Positions 1 through 13,640 of a stretch of DNA of 64,000 nucleotides are shown piece after piece (the first letter of the stretch is position 1; each line of letters begins with the position of its first letter). The translations under genes and the position numbers were made by a program. The notes under the pieces are model-generated. The model made no database searches, was not told where the DNA came from, and saw only the letters and a program-made list of their open reading frames with translations. The stretch covers positions 70,308,001 through 70,372,000 of the forward strand of contig NC_042997.1 in assembly GCF_006345805.1 (NCBI RefSeq). Reading direction: 5' to 3'. The stretch comes from Octopus sinensis (lineage: Eukaryota).

Positions 1-470
1 ACATTTTGAATGTATATATATATGAATGTATATATATATTATGAGCCACTAATAATTTTATACGTTGGAGATATTGCCTATAGAACATCTTAGGCAACGT
101 TGTTCTACACGCAGAACCCAATTAGAACAAATCACTCTAATCGACTTGAGACTGGTCTGTATATATATATATATACACACACAAAATATAGGTACAAGCC
201 ACTAATACTTTCATACATTGGAGATCATGTCTAGGCAGGTTTTGATAATACACTTAGTATTTCCCAGCAATCTGCAATGCTCAAAGCACATGGCCTCTAC
301 AAGTATATGCAACATCTCCAATGTATGAAACTATTTGTAGTTCATAAATATACATTGCAAACATTAAATAGTACTCACAGGATGGAGTACGTACGTGTAA
401 ATGTATGTATGGATAAATGCGTATGTATATATACATATGAAGAGACTGATAGATGAATAAATATATATAT

Positions 471-542
<72 letters not shown>

Positions 543-689
543 ATATATATATGTATGTATGTCTATATGCGTGTGTACTATATGTGTATGTGTGTGTAAG
601 AGTGTGTTTGCCTGTGTGCATGTTAGTTTCACATGTTTGAGATGTTTCAGTATCCTTATCTACATATATGCATGCATACCAGTATTCCA

Positions 690-1860
690 AATCCACAGCT
701 GAGTGTTTTTGTACAGCACTGCCAATTTCTTAATAACGTAGCAGGGGTCCTAAGTGATTACCTTGTATAATTTGATGCAACGATATTTTCTTAAAAATTC
801 GAAACGAGCTGATATTCTATCACACATCCAACAAAGTATATTTACTAACTTTAACGTCCACCTTGGAGAATATAGTCAAATATATTACATACTTATACAA
901 ACTGTAAAGAAACATGTTAGGTCTACCACATTTTTTTACTGACGGCTTCAGTGTTGTTATCGAGTGTACTTGGACTTGTGTTAGGAGACTTTTCATAGAT
1001 TTGTGTTGTCTTTTGCTCTTTCTGGTGGTGTGCGTTTGGAGGATTAAATTCATTCTGTGGTCCTTTTTTAGTAGGGGAATGTACTGGAGGATGATGTCGA
1101 AGGCTTCATTGTTAAGAGGGTTGTGTGTGGTGATGAATAGCAGGGCTTTTGGTTGTAAATCTTTCTTTAGTTTGGGCTGTCTGAGTTCGTGTATGCTTTT
1201 TTTTTAGGGCATGTTGAAAGCTCATATCAATTAATGATGGTGGGTAGTTCCTGGTAATGAGTATATCCTGTAGTTCATTAGCAAATGAGGGGACCATTCG
1301 CACACCCATCGCAGTCCCAGATTAATGTCGATAGAAGTTGTCTTTGAAGACAACGAAGTTATTTTCCAAGATGAATTTTAGTCCTTCTATTACGAATTCA
1401 TTTTTGATGCGATATAGGAGTTCACTGGAGTAATTCCCTAGCCAGAATTGAATTGCCTCTATTCCTAGGTTGTGAGGGATATTAGAATAGCGGCTTGCTA
1501 CATCAAAGGATACTAGTAGGTGTATTTGTTTATTGTTTTAGGGAGGAGATTGAGCATATCAAGGTCGTCCCTTTTGTAGCTTTTGATATGCTTCAGGAAT
1601 GGTTTAAAGAGGATATCTAAAATGTTGTTGAGGCGGTGGGTTCCGCATGCGGAACCTGCTATTATAGGTCTTAATTTGAGGTCATTAGGAGTATGGAGCT
1701 TGATTATTATGTATGTGGCAATCCTGCATGCATTACTTATTTTCTCACTTTTGTGTATCTTAGGAAGGAATACTGCGGAATTCACTGGATTTACTTTTGA
1801 AGTTAGTCATATATGCGTATTCCTTGTCAGTGAGCCCTTCTAATATAAGTTTAACGTAGT
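690..1860 (-). mobile_element. Penelope-like element fossil (RT plus start of GIY-YIG region), internally deleted
   Basis: Minus-strand translation: LPKIHK...LRPIIAG...THRLNNILDILFKPFLKHIKSY, LVSFDVASRYSNIPHNLGIEAI, ILENNF...F.DNFYRH*SGTAMG, jumping to the thumb (RNYPPSLIDMSF) and then KKCGRPN. Stops and frameshifts present; the YxDD segment is missing. Confidence 0.85.
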
Positions 1861-1907
1861 TTTTAGGTTTCTCATTATGTAGTGTTGGACGTTTATACCT
1901 ACATGTA

Positions 1908-1998
<91 letters not shown>

Positions 1999-1999
1999 T

Positions 2000-2073
<74 letters not shown>

Positions 2074-2426
2074 TGTATGCATGCATGTTTATATCGGTGC
2101 GTCTGTACTCACACACTTACTTACTAAAACACCACACACATACATACATACACAAGTACGTAACTAGTAATTCATATGTAGTTCCAACCAGAGATTCTTA
2201 TGGAAATATCATACAAAAGACACCTGTATTTACCTTTCTCTCTCAGCTGAATAGTGAAATATTTTAGACCACCCAACTTTTTGTTTTCTTATACACTCAG
2301 TCGTAAGATCGTCGCAACATCAGTATAAAATGACTAGCTGATCCAGTTTCATGGCATCCACGGTATCAGCGTATAGGCTGGGGAAGTATATACACAATTC
2401 ACTAACGTATATCTATGTTTCCTTCC

Positions 2427-2501
<75 letters not shown>

Positions 2502-2724
2502 TTTTTCTTTCTTTCTCTCTCTTGCTCTCTCCTTTTCTATCCCTCCCTGTTTCTGTCTCACTCTTCCTCTCCCCCTCTCTCTCTCTGTATATATATATAT
2601 ATATCACCGTCACCGTCACCGTCACCGATCAGTCTATCAGATGTTGCTACACATCGCTGGTCACAATGCGCTCCGCATTGTTTTAGCCTGTAAATGATGC
2701 CACTCCGCTGGCTAAGCGAGCAGG

Positions 2725-2822
<98 letters not shown>

Positions 2823-2823
2823 C

Positions 2824-3051
2824 ACAATCAAGGAACGGCCATAATAGGCCATTCACCCACTAGAAATAACAGCCAAAGCTTCAACCAAAGCTGTTATTTC
2901 TAGTGGGTGAATGGCCTATTATGGCCGTTCCTTGATTGTTGATGTTGAACTTAAAAATGGTCTATGACTATTTAATTTTTTCCCACTAGGCCGCTGGTGG
3001 CAAAAAAATTCTACAAAATTTTTTTTTTGCCACCCTATATTGATTAATTAT
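2824..3051 (+). mobile_element. Short (TA)n-inserted element with 5' fold-back (50-bp arms 2824-2873 / 2890-2939)
   Basis: Perfect 50-bp inverted repeat with a 16-nt loop. Body contains GCTGTTATTTCTAG and ends CACCCTATATTGATTAATTAT followed by (AT)n. (TA)n on both sides. Confidence 0.75.
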
Positions 3052-3077
3052 ATATATATATATATATTATATATATA

Positions 3078-3108
<31 letters not shown>

Positions 3109-3116
3109 ATATATAT

Positions 3117-3227
<111 letters not shown>

Positions 3228-3235
3228 ATATATAT

Positions 3236-3532
3236 GGCGGCGCAATGGTCCAGTGGTTAGGGCAGCGGACTCGCGGTCGTAGGATCGCGGTTTCGATTCC
3301 CAGACCGGGCGTTGTGAGTGTTTATTGAACAAAAACACCTAAAAGCTCCACGAGGCTCCGGCAGGGGGTGGTGATCCCTGCTATACTATTTCACCACCCT
3401 TTCTCCTACTATTTCTTCTGTTGGCCTGCTCGCTTAGCCAGCGGGGTGGCCTCATTCGGAGGCGAAAACAATGCGAACGCATTGTGACCAGCTATGTGTA
3501 ACAACATCTGATGGTCTGGTCGGTCACGTGAT

Positions 3533-3540
<8 letters not shown>
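3236..3540 (+). mobile_element. tRNA-derived SINE
   Basis: Head GGCGGCGCAATGGTCCAGTGGTTAG...GGTTTCGATTCCC (A/B-box-like), unrelated body, CACGTGAT tail, inserted in (TA)n. Confidence 0.8.
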
Positions 3541-3569
<29 letters not shown>

Positions 3570-3789
3570 AGGAAAAGAGAGTAAATATATGTTTGCTCTT
3601 GTTTCATTAATTGAGTATGACTTCTCAGCACCACCACTGACAGAGTACATTCACGTAGGCACCAAACTACCTAGTAACTAACAGCACACAAACTCGCTTG
3701 TAATATAGAGCTGGATATTTACAGCTTAATATTACCAGAAGATGGTCAGAGATGGTTTACATTTTACGTGACTGAAAACCACACCTTAA

Positions 3790-4130
3790 TCTAGCAAGGG
3801 ACAAGTTTTTCCACACAGGTGATATGAAAATGCTTGATTTTGTAGTAAAGACTGCAAGAAATTGCAGCATTTCATGTGCATTGTCAACCCAGATCTGCTT
3901 ATGCAGATCTTACTACAAAAACTACAAGGTAGTTCATAAGAGTGTGCAGTTTAGGAGAGAAGGATCATCGGCCAAAAGCAAACCCTTTCATGTCTCTTTA
4001 TTTTCTTTATCAGTGCATTTTTTCTACTTATCGTCTTCAAACAGGGTAGCATCACCTCGGAATTTCTTCTCCATTTTGGTCGACCCATTATATCACTCTC
4101 CCAGTTTGCATGCATCATTTTGAAACTCTT
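3790..4130 (-). mobile_element. RTE-type LINE 3' ORF fragment with terminal zinc-finger-like motif
   Basis: Minus frames give WESDIMGRPKWRR...KIKRHER, then LPCSFCSKICISRSGLTMHMK (CxxC...H), like RTE ORF C-termini; frameshifted. Confidence 0.55.
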
Positions 4131-4379
4131 TAGAGGGCTAAACGGAATTATAGTTAACATTTAGGTTTCTTTTCTCCTTTTATCTTATCATATAATAGTT
4201 GACTGAGCATGCGTTGATCAGATTCCTAAGGGAAATATATGGCGATGAATTTCTGTTTCAATGCCATCCACACTATCACACTAAGCTCAGCAGTTCAGCT
4301 CATGGGCTTTCTCGATGGCTTTTTAATCATCACAGGTTAGCGGTCCCAGTGGCGTCACCGTGTGTAAAGCCAACTAGAT

Positions 4380-5760
4380 ACACCAGTGCTCACCATTGCT
4401 GGTAGTACCGTCACAGCGCCTCTGCATCGGCCAAGGTTACGTCGAGCCTTTGGAATCTTCATTAATCAATTCAACCCATTTGGTGCGGGGCCATTCACGG
4501 GGTCTGTCACGGGACTTAATTCAGCCGGTAGCTGCTGCTTCAAACTAGATTAAGGACTGGTAGGATGATATGGCGGGAGACGGAGGTCATGTCCGTTGAG
4601 TATATGCGGTGGATAGCTATGAGCTGTGAGGCTACGGGACAATGGGCACGCACGATCGGCTCTTCATTCGAAATGTGATAGTACCATCTTATGTTCCCGA
4701 TGGTCATCCAGATTATGCTATCGAAGCCGTTGATCCCCTTTGCCAAGATGTTGGTGAGGGGTTATGTCTTCGCTCCATAGAGGAGAACGGAGAGGACCGA
4801 CACGTTGTAGAATCGGAGCTTTGTTTTCCGGTAGAAAGAGCAGTGGGACCAAAGGGGCTTCCTTAAGGAATGCATGACTCCAGCGACCAGATCACGTCTG
4901 CAGTTATCAAATGGGTCAGGTTTCCATTGTTGGTAGCCATGGACCCCATACAGATGAAAGAACTGACAAACTCCTCGGCATCGGGGAGAGGTGGGCTACG
5001 GGCATGTCGACATGCATCAGCTTTGTCTTCGCCCAACTGATCTGGAGGCCAAACCTTGTTGATTCCACTCATTATATGGTCATTGCGTCTCTGAACTGAT
5101 TAATCGAGGTGCTGAATAGGGTGATATCCTGGTCGGTAAAGTGATAATTCCAAGAGTTAATGACAGAAATTCGACCATAGACTTTAGTCATCAGATAATC
5201 AATGGCACTCTTGAAGAGATTGGGGATAGATAAGCAACCCTGCAGCTCTCAGCATTACTATAGAACCGCTGGAACAGGGCGGCGACCATGGGAGGCGCAT
5301 CGGCAAGCTTGAGAAATTTCCAGAGGAATGTGTGAGGGACCATGTCGAATGCCGCCTTAGGTCGACGAAGACGATGTAGGAGCAGTGACCTTTACGGAAC
5401 TCCCGAGATCTTTCATGAATGAGCCGAAAGTCAAAAATATGGTCGGTGGAGAACGATTTGGCATGAATCCGTTTTGTTGTGGGTGGTGTGTAATGACAGG
5501 AAACAGAAAATGTGTTGATAAGGTTACTATAAAATATAGAAAAAAAAAATAGGTGGCTGTTTTGACTAAACAATACGCAGAACAGATATAGACAACGGGA
5601 ATTTCTCGAGGAGTATGAATGTTCTTTGCCTAGACAAATAAGGAATACCAGGATGAAACAAGTATTCGACAGGAATAGCTGAACAATGCCGCGGGCGAGT
5701 GTGAATACAAATAACGTTGAGTTTAAAGGAAATAGCCGAATGCACGATCATTATTCTTTA
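4380..5760 (-). mobile_element. RTE-type LINE reverse transcriptase fossil
   Basis: STDHIFDFRLIHERSREF...YIVFVDL, GFGLQISWAKTK, RRQTKLRFYNVSVLSVLLYGAKT, GFDS...IRWYYHISNEE; many stops and frameshifts. Confidence 0.8.
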
Positions 5761-8359
5761 TAGGGAGATATGGCAGGTAGGTAGAATAATAGAAATGGGA
5801 ATTCACCTTTACCAGGGACAGCGTGACACAAAATTGAAGCTCCAAGAGCAGGGAGGCCGCACTGCAATCTGGAACAGAATGTGAGATTGTATTAGACTAA
5901 GTGGAAGCAGTGGAAGCAGAGTAAAAGATAGAAAATACACAGATAAATACAAATAAAGAGATAACTACAAGGGCCGGGAAAGATGGAGAGGGGAAAAGGA
6001 GAGAGGGATAGGTGGAGTAAATAGTGAGAAGGTCTCAGTGAGTTCATTAAAATTAATTTCTGATATACATGAAAACTGTACAGTCGTGATCAAATATGAA
6101 GAAAATAAACACAGAAGACAACATAAGACTATCCTTGGTGTTTGTCAGTTTAAATTCTTACCTACCACTATCACCACGTCCACCAACACTAAGGAGACCC
6201 TAATCCTTACTAACAAGAATAGTAACAATATCACTACGCAACATATGTCGCTCCTTCCGTTTTTGTGATAATGCGGTAATAATTATCACTTTCGATATTA
6301 CATTAGATTCAGACATAACCACCGTTAATAACACAAATACCATCAAAACTACCATCATTATGAACCATCAAGAGAGCTCAACTTACGAGAAATATTAGTC
6401 GTATCTGTCTTAAATCATATTCCAACGTGTAAGAGCATAGCAAAGGCGTATACTGTAGCACATCTTAGTTTAATAAAATGCAAGGTCATGGCTGGAATTC
6501 ACATAAATGTGATCGATCAAGATTGACCAGGAACTAAAGAACAGCTGTTTCTGTGAGGAACCATATCAGTACTAACGCCATGTGACAACTTCAATTAAAT
6601 CTGTTATAAACGGCACTAACACTTACGAATATCAATTCAATCGTCGAGTGGCATTAATTACCGCTATTACTAACAGGGCGGGTACTTCTATCAGATCGTT
6701 GGATTGGTTAAAGTAGCTGTACAATCACCTTCAAATCATAATCTAACTTCTTAAATTTATAAAGTGGAGAACGTTGTGTCCTGTATACAAAAATGACGAT
6801 ATGTTTACGGCTCGATTATATTTGGCCTGGGGTTAAATAACAAGCAGCAGTGGATCTATACAGGTATCTGCACAACTTCAGCTTGACATAAACTATCTTG
6901 AAACCTAACTCCGAACAGACTAAATGTAGCATCTGCTATCTCCCTTCTTATCAGCTGTACCAAAGAATATCAAATACGACTAGCTACTACACTCAACAAT
7001 ATAAAAAAACCACGCACACACACACACACTAGGAAAAATGCCAACGGTTACATCAACCCTACGACATTCACACCTTACTGAGAAAACTTTTTGAAAGAAA
7101 GTAAAATGAAATCGAAATCCACTAAAAGTATAATCAATAAACTATCCAGTATAAAGAAACAACAGCGATAAATATATAATGTTTACTTTTAATGCGTCAT
7201 GGATACTCAATTTACACAAATCAAAACCCCCAAACTCCAAGTACCGTTTCCTTTGTCACAGCTCCAAATATTAATTAGATATCCAATTTGAGAGATGCCG
7301 TGCCAGATTTATGGTTGTCTTAACCTGCTACCTGACTGTAGAAATGGTTGCGTATTGCACTTCCGTCTGTATCTTTTGGGAAGTCTGGCATGTTGGTCAT
7401 ACACAGGATTCACGTAACTCAACCGAAACAGGTCATCTGCTCTTCTGTTGCGGTAAGGTCTCACTTCTTTCTGGTTAGACAATAGTAACAGTACAGTAGC
7501 TAAATGTGGTCCTCAACAAGTTCTCACTGCTCCTTCATTTATCTTTCCAGGTCGTTTAAATTTGAAGCTTTCGTTCACGATTATTTTTATAGAAGAATGT
7601 TTTCGTAATATTAAATTTAAAGAAGTGGGGGAGCTGCATTTTTTATTCGTTTCAGTTTTTATATTTCTGATCTAATGTTACCGATTTGGAGTTTCTTTCT
7701 ATGAAATTGAGGGAAATCATTCGTATTCGTCGCCATGTGGTATCTAAAGAGGTGCAGTGATCTTGCACAAACACCAATGTCGATAAAACTTATACAAATA
7801 AATACAACGGAGAGATTAGCACTAAAATCTTACTCAAATCATTGCCTACCTAAAATGAAGGACACATTAATTCATGTAATACTTGATATAAAACAAAGTG
7901 GGATTGCCACAGGTAGAACCCATTAACCACTTCGATTATACTTTACCTGTAGCGTTTTTAAATAAAGTAACATTGAATAGTGAAATTTTACATTATCCTT
8001 AACAGACAAGATGGTCATGACTGGAATGATTTTTACCGAATGTCGCTTAGGATTAGGCAAAATAGCAACAACAGTAAATAACCCCATCGCTATCACAGCC
8101 ACGAGAACCACACCAACAGCATCAAGCTGTTTACTTTATTTACTAGATTTAGCAGCCAAATATCCAACCAGCTCACTCTGCTCCTTTCAGCATAAAGTAA
8201 CATTCATTCCATAATACACTGGGTCTGAGAAAAATATTAAAATTTAAAAAGCAACAAGATTAACAGTTCTGGAATAACTTTTATGTTAGGTCTACTGAAC
8301 GAGGATCAACCTGAGATAGACAGTAAAAGTACTATATCTACTATTGCAGCTACTATCAT

Positions 8360-8410
<51 letters not shown>

Positions 8411-9512
8411 CAGCAATTACAACAACATCCCAACACCTTACGTACAACTGCTGCCCATCACTACCACAACAATCACCTCTACTTTCACTTTTTCCTGTTT
8501 GTCTCCTTTCTTTTATCTAGTATTCATCCGGCCAACCTCTCTTTCAGTTCGTTTACATCCTCTTGGGGTGAAATGAAATTGAAGAGGGCGTTGACTTGTT
8601 GCAATTGTACTGAATACAAGCTTCGAAACACTCATTATTTCTGCATAAGAGCCAAAGGTAACGATCGATCTTACCTCTACAACAAACACCTGATATTATT
8701 GATCTAATCATATCGCTAATTAGGCCTATTTTTGAGCAGAAAGTGAATTCAATTCTATTATTATCATAGTGATCAACGTTACCGTCGTCATAAGAAAGTA
8801 TTATTACTATTACTATTATTATTATTATTATTATATTATTATTATTATTATTTATTATTATTATTATTATTATTATATTATTATTATTATTTCTTTAATT
8901 ATTGTTATTATTATTATTGTTGTTGCTGTTGTTGTTGTTGTTATTATTATCAACATCATGATCGTCACTGTGAGACGAGTCTTCTTATCAAAGGAGGCGC
9001 ATGTTATGTTGTTACGTTTATTTATCGCTTAATAAGGAAATTAAAAAAAGGATTTTTACGAAGACAAGACAACATATCTTAGCTTTATTTGAACACGTAA
9101 CAATATGAGTACCGACATGAAAAACAATTGTATGTATGTATGTATGTATGTATGTATGTATAAGAGATATTAGAATGGAATTACAATGCTATTGATACCT
9201 TTGCAAGAAGATACACAGATTAGATGAGGAGGAGAAAACAGATGAGGGAAAGGAGGAGTGCGTGCATTTTTGTACGTGTACGCTTATATTTGTGGCAAAC
9301 AGATCATGAAAAAAGAGAGAAAACGTCTAAAATATCTATGTTTTGAAACTTCATCTCTGTTTTTCTCCTTTTTATCTTCTACAATCTTTCTTAATCTTTT
9401 CCGAACTGTGTGTGTGTACATGTGTGTGTGATTATTATTGTTTATACATGGTTCAAATATATATGAATCCCAATATGTTATTCCTACTCTCTCTCTCTCT
9501 TTATCTTTCTCT

Positions 9513-9550
<38 letters not shown>

Positions 9551-9689
9551 AATTTAGTTAACCAAGCGCGCATTTGGAATTACAAAATCCTATCCGCATG
9601 CTTACGAGCATATATGTATAATATATAATATATCCATGCATGCTTGCACAAAAGCATATGAACATAAAATAACCATCTCTCTTTCTCTT

Positions 9690-9734
<45 letters not shown>

Positions 9735-10174
9735 GTATACACAGACACACCTAAGCGTTCACACAAACAAACATATACTGATACGCACAAATATATACTC
9801 ATAAACGAGGTGTACGATTATTTGTGATATATTTCCGTTTGTGTAAATATGTGGATATAACATTCACGTAGAAAATGCAGATATATGTGAGTGTTGACAT
9901 CTGAGGTTTGTGAGGTATATACGTTATGAAACGTGCATAAAACAAGATATCCGTATGCGCACCAAACCGTTGATTCCCATACCAGCTTATATCTGTATAA
10001 TGCCTTGCGGTATTTGTCTAATATCTTCATATTCTGTTTTCGAATTTTACTGGGATCAACTTCGTTTTTCATTACTCTGGGATTAATAAAAATAAAAGTA
10101 TCAGTCAGCCCCCAGTAAATACCAAAATTTATTTAGTACGTGTACATACACACACGCGCGCACACACACACAGA

Positions 10175-10220
<46 letters not shown>

Positions 10221-10221
10221 A

Positions 10222-10430
10222 GGAATCTGTCTGTATTGCGGGAACCGGATCTGTTCCTTATGTGGTATAGTTCTCCGTCTCAGTGTCATACTTATCTGTT
10301 CTATATAGTTATATCCAAAACTTGAGCAAGTTCTAATATAAATTAGATTCTCGGAAGGACAAGTGAAGCTGGTTTTAAGTGTGAAGGTATTATTCAGGAA
10401 ATCCATGAGTAAAGCGGACATCATCAGGCT
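10222..10430 (-). mobile_element. Penelope-like GIY-YIG endonuclease fragment
   Basis: FTCPSENLIYIRTCSSFGYNYIEQISMTLRRRTIPHKEQIR matches the PLE CxxxNxIY..C..C...YIG.T..L..R...H pattern (degraded). Confidence 0.75.
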
Positions 10431-10589
10431 ACTAGTTACGTAAATCTTCTTGTTGAGTTTTGTTCAGATTTCTCTAAATCTTTTGAAAAGCGCCAGATTA
10501 CAACCGGAAGTTGCACCCATCAGTGAGTCAAAACAGCGAAAAACTAACTAAAAAATGTGATGACGGCAAGGGGAGTACAACAGGTGACA

Positions 10590-11030
10590 ATTGAAAAAAT
10601 TTTCTAGATTTGTACTGGCACCATTCACTCAACCTGTGTTGTTTGCTGTAGCATCACAACAAGTGCCTGAATTTTGTCGGTTACACCTCACTTCTCCATT
10701 GCTTGTTAAACAGCCATGGCTTGTTGTTTCCCTGAAGATGTGGAATTTCAGGGACTCCTTGCCTTGAAAAATTACCATTATTGCCACTCTGACAACCTTT
10801 TCAACGCTGAGAGCAGCTTTCCATCCCAGTGTAACACTAATTCTTGACAGTTCTTTAGGTTAAATCTGTGCTGTATTTCTATGTATCTCACTTCACTAAA
10901 TTTGGTTCTGACGCACATATATTGTACCCTCACTCGCTCACAGCTGGCCGCCGACTAGATAACGGCGAAAAATTGGTGTTTGTCCTATACCTGCTCTCTG
11001 TCCCCAGCTTTGCAAGTTGCCTTCTTCATT
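10590..11030 (-). mobile_element. DDE DNA-transposase fossil (HWDGKLL / DTTAxNTG type; superfamily uncertain, possibly hAT-related)
   Basis: Across frames: ELVLHWDGKLL, RVAIMV, SGKQQAMAV*QAMEK*GVTDKIQAL, CDATANNTG*VNGASTNLE. Confidence 0.65.
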
Positions 11031-11354
11031 ATATTTATAGTCACTTAGCCTTCTATTACCAAGAATAAGTTTGCACAAGTTTTTAATGAAAGAGAAAATT
11101 ATATAAGAGATAAAATATCTTTATCTGAAGTTTTCCGGGTGAAAACTTCAAAACTTCATGATCGATGAGGGTCGCCTTGAAGTTGTTCAACTGAGCTAAA
11201 ATCTTTTTTTTTGTTTTTTGCTAATTGCAACAAGAGAGGGGATGGGAGCTAAACTTTTAAATATTTGAAAAATAAAGGCCACTCTACTATGTGTGTACGC
11301 CGCGTAGGTGGTTTCCATGGCATGGAAGTATCTCTACTCCCTGCGTGTAGTTTC

Positions 11355-11570
11355 TATTTAGAATGGGTAATGTTTCATTTATAAAGACATCTTCTTGTAT
11401 TTGTCTAAGTGATTGGTCCTTTGTGTATTTGGATAAAATGCAGATGTCATTTCGGCCCAGAGTGACGCCATATTGGTCTTTAGCTTGTTCTTAGTATACG
11501 GACGACTGTTATACTCTCCCCAGTGTTCGATTAGCTTCCTCTGAACTCCTAGATGTATGCCGTGTTTCTG
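11355..11570 (-). mobile_element. Penelope-like GIY-YIG C-terminal fossil
   Basis: ...KLIEH...KNKLKTNMAS... and ILSKYTKDQSLRQIQEDVFINETLPILN (R.I.E...I....P.LN motif). Confidence 0.55.
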
Positions 11571-11849
11571 TCCTTACAAACTCCTTCCATGAACCTTATG
11601 CTGCAGACTACGTGCCTAGTTTTACAGTATCTGCATGTATACACTCATATACATAAGTATTTCAACGTTTTTAAAATTGTGCTGGAGTTGTGTGACAGGC
11701 TAAGGGTACTGAGGCTGACTTCCTTAGAGGGAAGACGCCAAAAATATCCATGGAAGATTCTGAAAGTTCTAGCTCCCAACTAGAAGCAAAAGCTAAATCA
11801 ATGAAGTGGAAGGCACTGCATAGTACCAAACAGCCCATCTTCCGCAGGT

Positions 11850-12225
11850 AGAATAAGGTGTCAGTGCTGTCACAGCTTGGGTTTCAAGGGCCAACAATTA
11901 TTCAACGTTTTGTCAAACAACCTCAGACATCTGCCATAGTGTGCAGATATAATGTAATTTTGCAATTTCTTAGGGAACAAGCTCAAAAAGGATTTATTTA
12001 TAGAGATCAAAAGTTTGTGCTGACGTTAACACACTCTCTCCATCTGAAATTGATGTTGTCTGAAAAGGTGTACGGTGTACCACGCACCAAGTGTCGATGT
12101 GGTCGTAGAGCAACATAAGATAAAATGTTTTGGTCAAGATCGTAACGCTACTCCCCGTCTAGAAATCGAAACCACAATCTCGCGACCGTGAATGCAACAT
12201 CCAAGACATTAGGCAATCCACCTTC
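11850..12225 (-). mobile_element. tRNA-derived SINE (same family as 31338-31592)
   Basis: Reverse complement aligns by eye to 31338-31592 (GTTGCATTCACGGTCGCGAGATTGTGGTTTCGATT head). Confidence 0.65.
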
Positions 12226-12307
12226 ATTATATATGTATATGCAAAGATATACATTAGAGACGGGACAAATATTACACACACACACAAGCACGCGCTTACA
12301 CTTATAT

Positions 12308-13217
12308 GGCGCAGGCGTGGCTGTGCGGTAAGAAGTTTGCTTCCCAATCACATCGTTTCTGGTTCAGTCCCACTGAGTGGCATCTTCTGCTATAGCCTCC
12401 GGCTGACCAAACCCGTCGTGTAGATACATCCATCCATCCATCCATCCATCCATACATACATACATACATGCATACATACATACATACATACATACATACA
12501 TACATACATACATACATACATACATACATACATACATACATAGATACATACATACATGATGGCTGCCCGCTCGTTATCGAGTATGGCCATTGCACGAAGC
12601 TTAACTGTTATGGGTGCTGAGATCGAATGTGACTTTTATTTGTTCTTTAGGCTAGAGCCAGCTATTCAGTTGAGACTCACAGCACTATCAACAATCATGA
12701 ACAATGTTGCTATCGTGCAATGCCTCTGCAAGAAGATTTATTTTAAAGTGAGGAAAAGATGTGCACTGAGTCAATCCCACTCACTAAGCAACAGCAGTCA
12801 TAATCCGAAAAGAAGAACAAGTCAACATCATCGGAAACCACTGAGCCGCAGGTTTTATGTCGGAGTTATCCTAGTTACCTGAGTTAACTTCTCCTAGAAG
12901 GATGCCCTAACAAAGGCTAGGAGTCCTTCACTCCCAATGGTTTAACCGCGCGATCGGGTATTCAGTCCGATTATTTCTATGTCCCCGCGCATGATACAGC
13001 CTTAAAAAAAATACACATTTATTGGACGGCCGTTGACTCTCAAGAGTTCATCCGCTCTTTGACGGGTTTTGTTTTTCATGCCGCAGGGTGTCCAATAAAC
13101 ACCCTTCTCACCAAGCAAGCTTGGTGGGGTTGCCGGTTTAGACGCCGACGGCCCGACCATGCAACAGGTTGTACTGGGTTACATGTTACCAGTAGCACAC
13201 GAAAGTGACCTGACGTA

Positions 13218-13253
<36 letters not shown>

Positions 13254-13640
13254 TAGATATATACATATATATATTAATAAAAGAAATAAAACATATGCAT
13301 ATATATAAGCATATATGTACGTACCTACCTCTACATGTACATATACACGCATATATGAGTACAGGACACCAAAGGGACGTCGAACACAAGAGAATATATA
13401 TATACACACATATATATGTGCATATATATATACATATATATGTGCGTGTGTGTGTGTCTCCTCCCTGCCATCGCTTGACAACTGATGCTGGTGTGTTTAT
13501 GTCCCAGTAACTTAGCAGTTCTGCGAAAGGGACCGATAGAATAAGTAATAGGATAAGTCCTGGGGTCAATCTCTTCGACTAAAACCCTTTAAGTAGCCAG
13601 CATCGCCAGTGAAATGACTGAAACAAGAAAAAGTAAAAGA
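12308..13640 (+). mobile_element. tRNA-derived SINE split by a nested insertion in its central microsatellite
   Basis: Head GGCGCAGGCGTGGCTGTGCGGTAAG...GGTTCAGTCCCACTG at 12308-12420; 3' half CGCTTGACAAC...AAATGACTGAAACAAG at about 13445-13640; about 640 bp of unrelated sequence in between. Confidence 0.75.

Noticed and set aside
43-330. Short direct repeats and a 17-bp inverted repeat (209-225 / 314-330)
   Set aside because: Too short and truncated by the window edge to classify.
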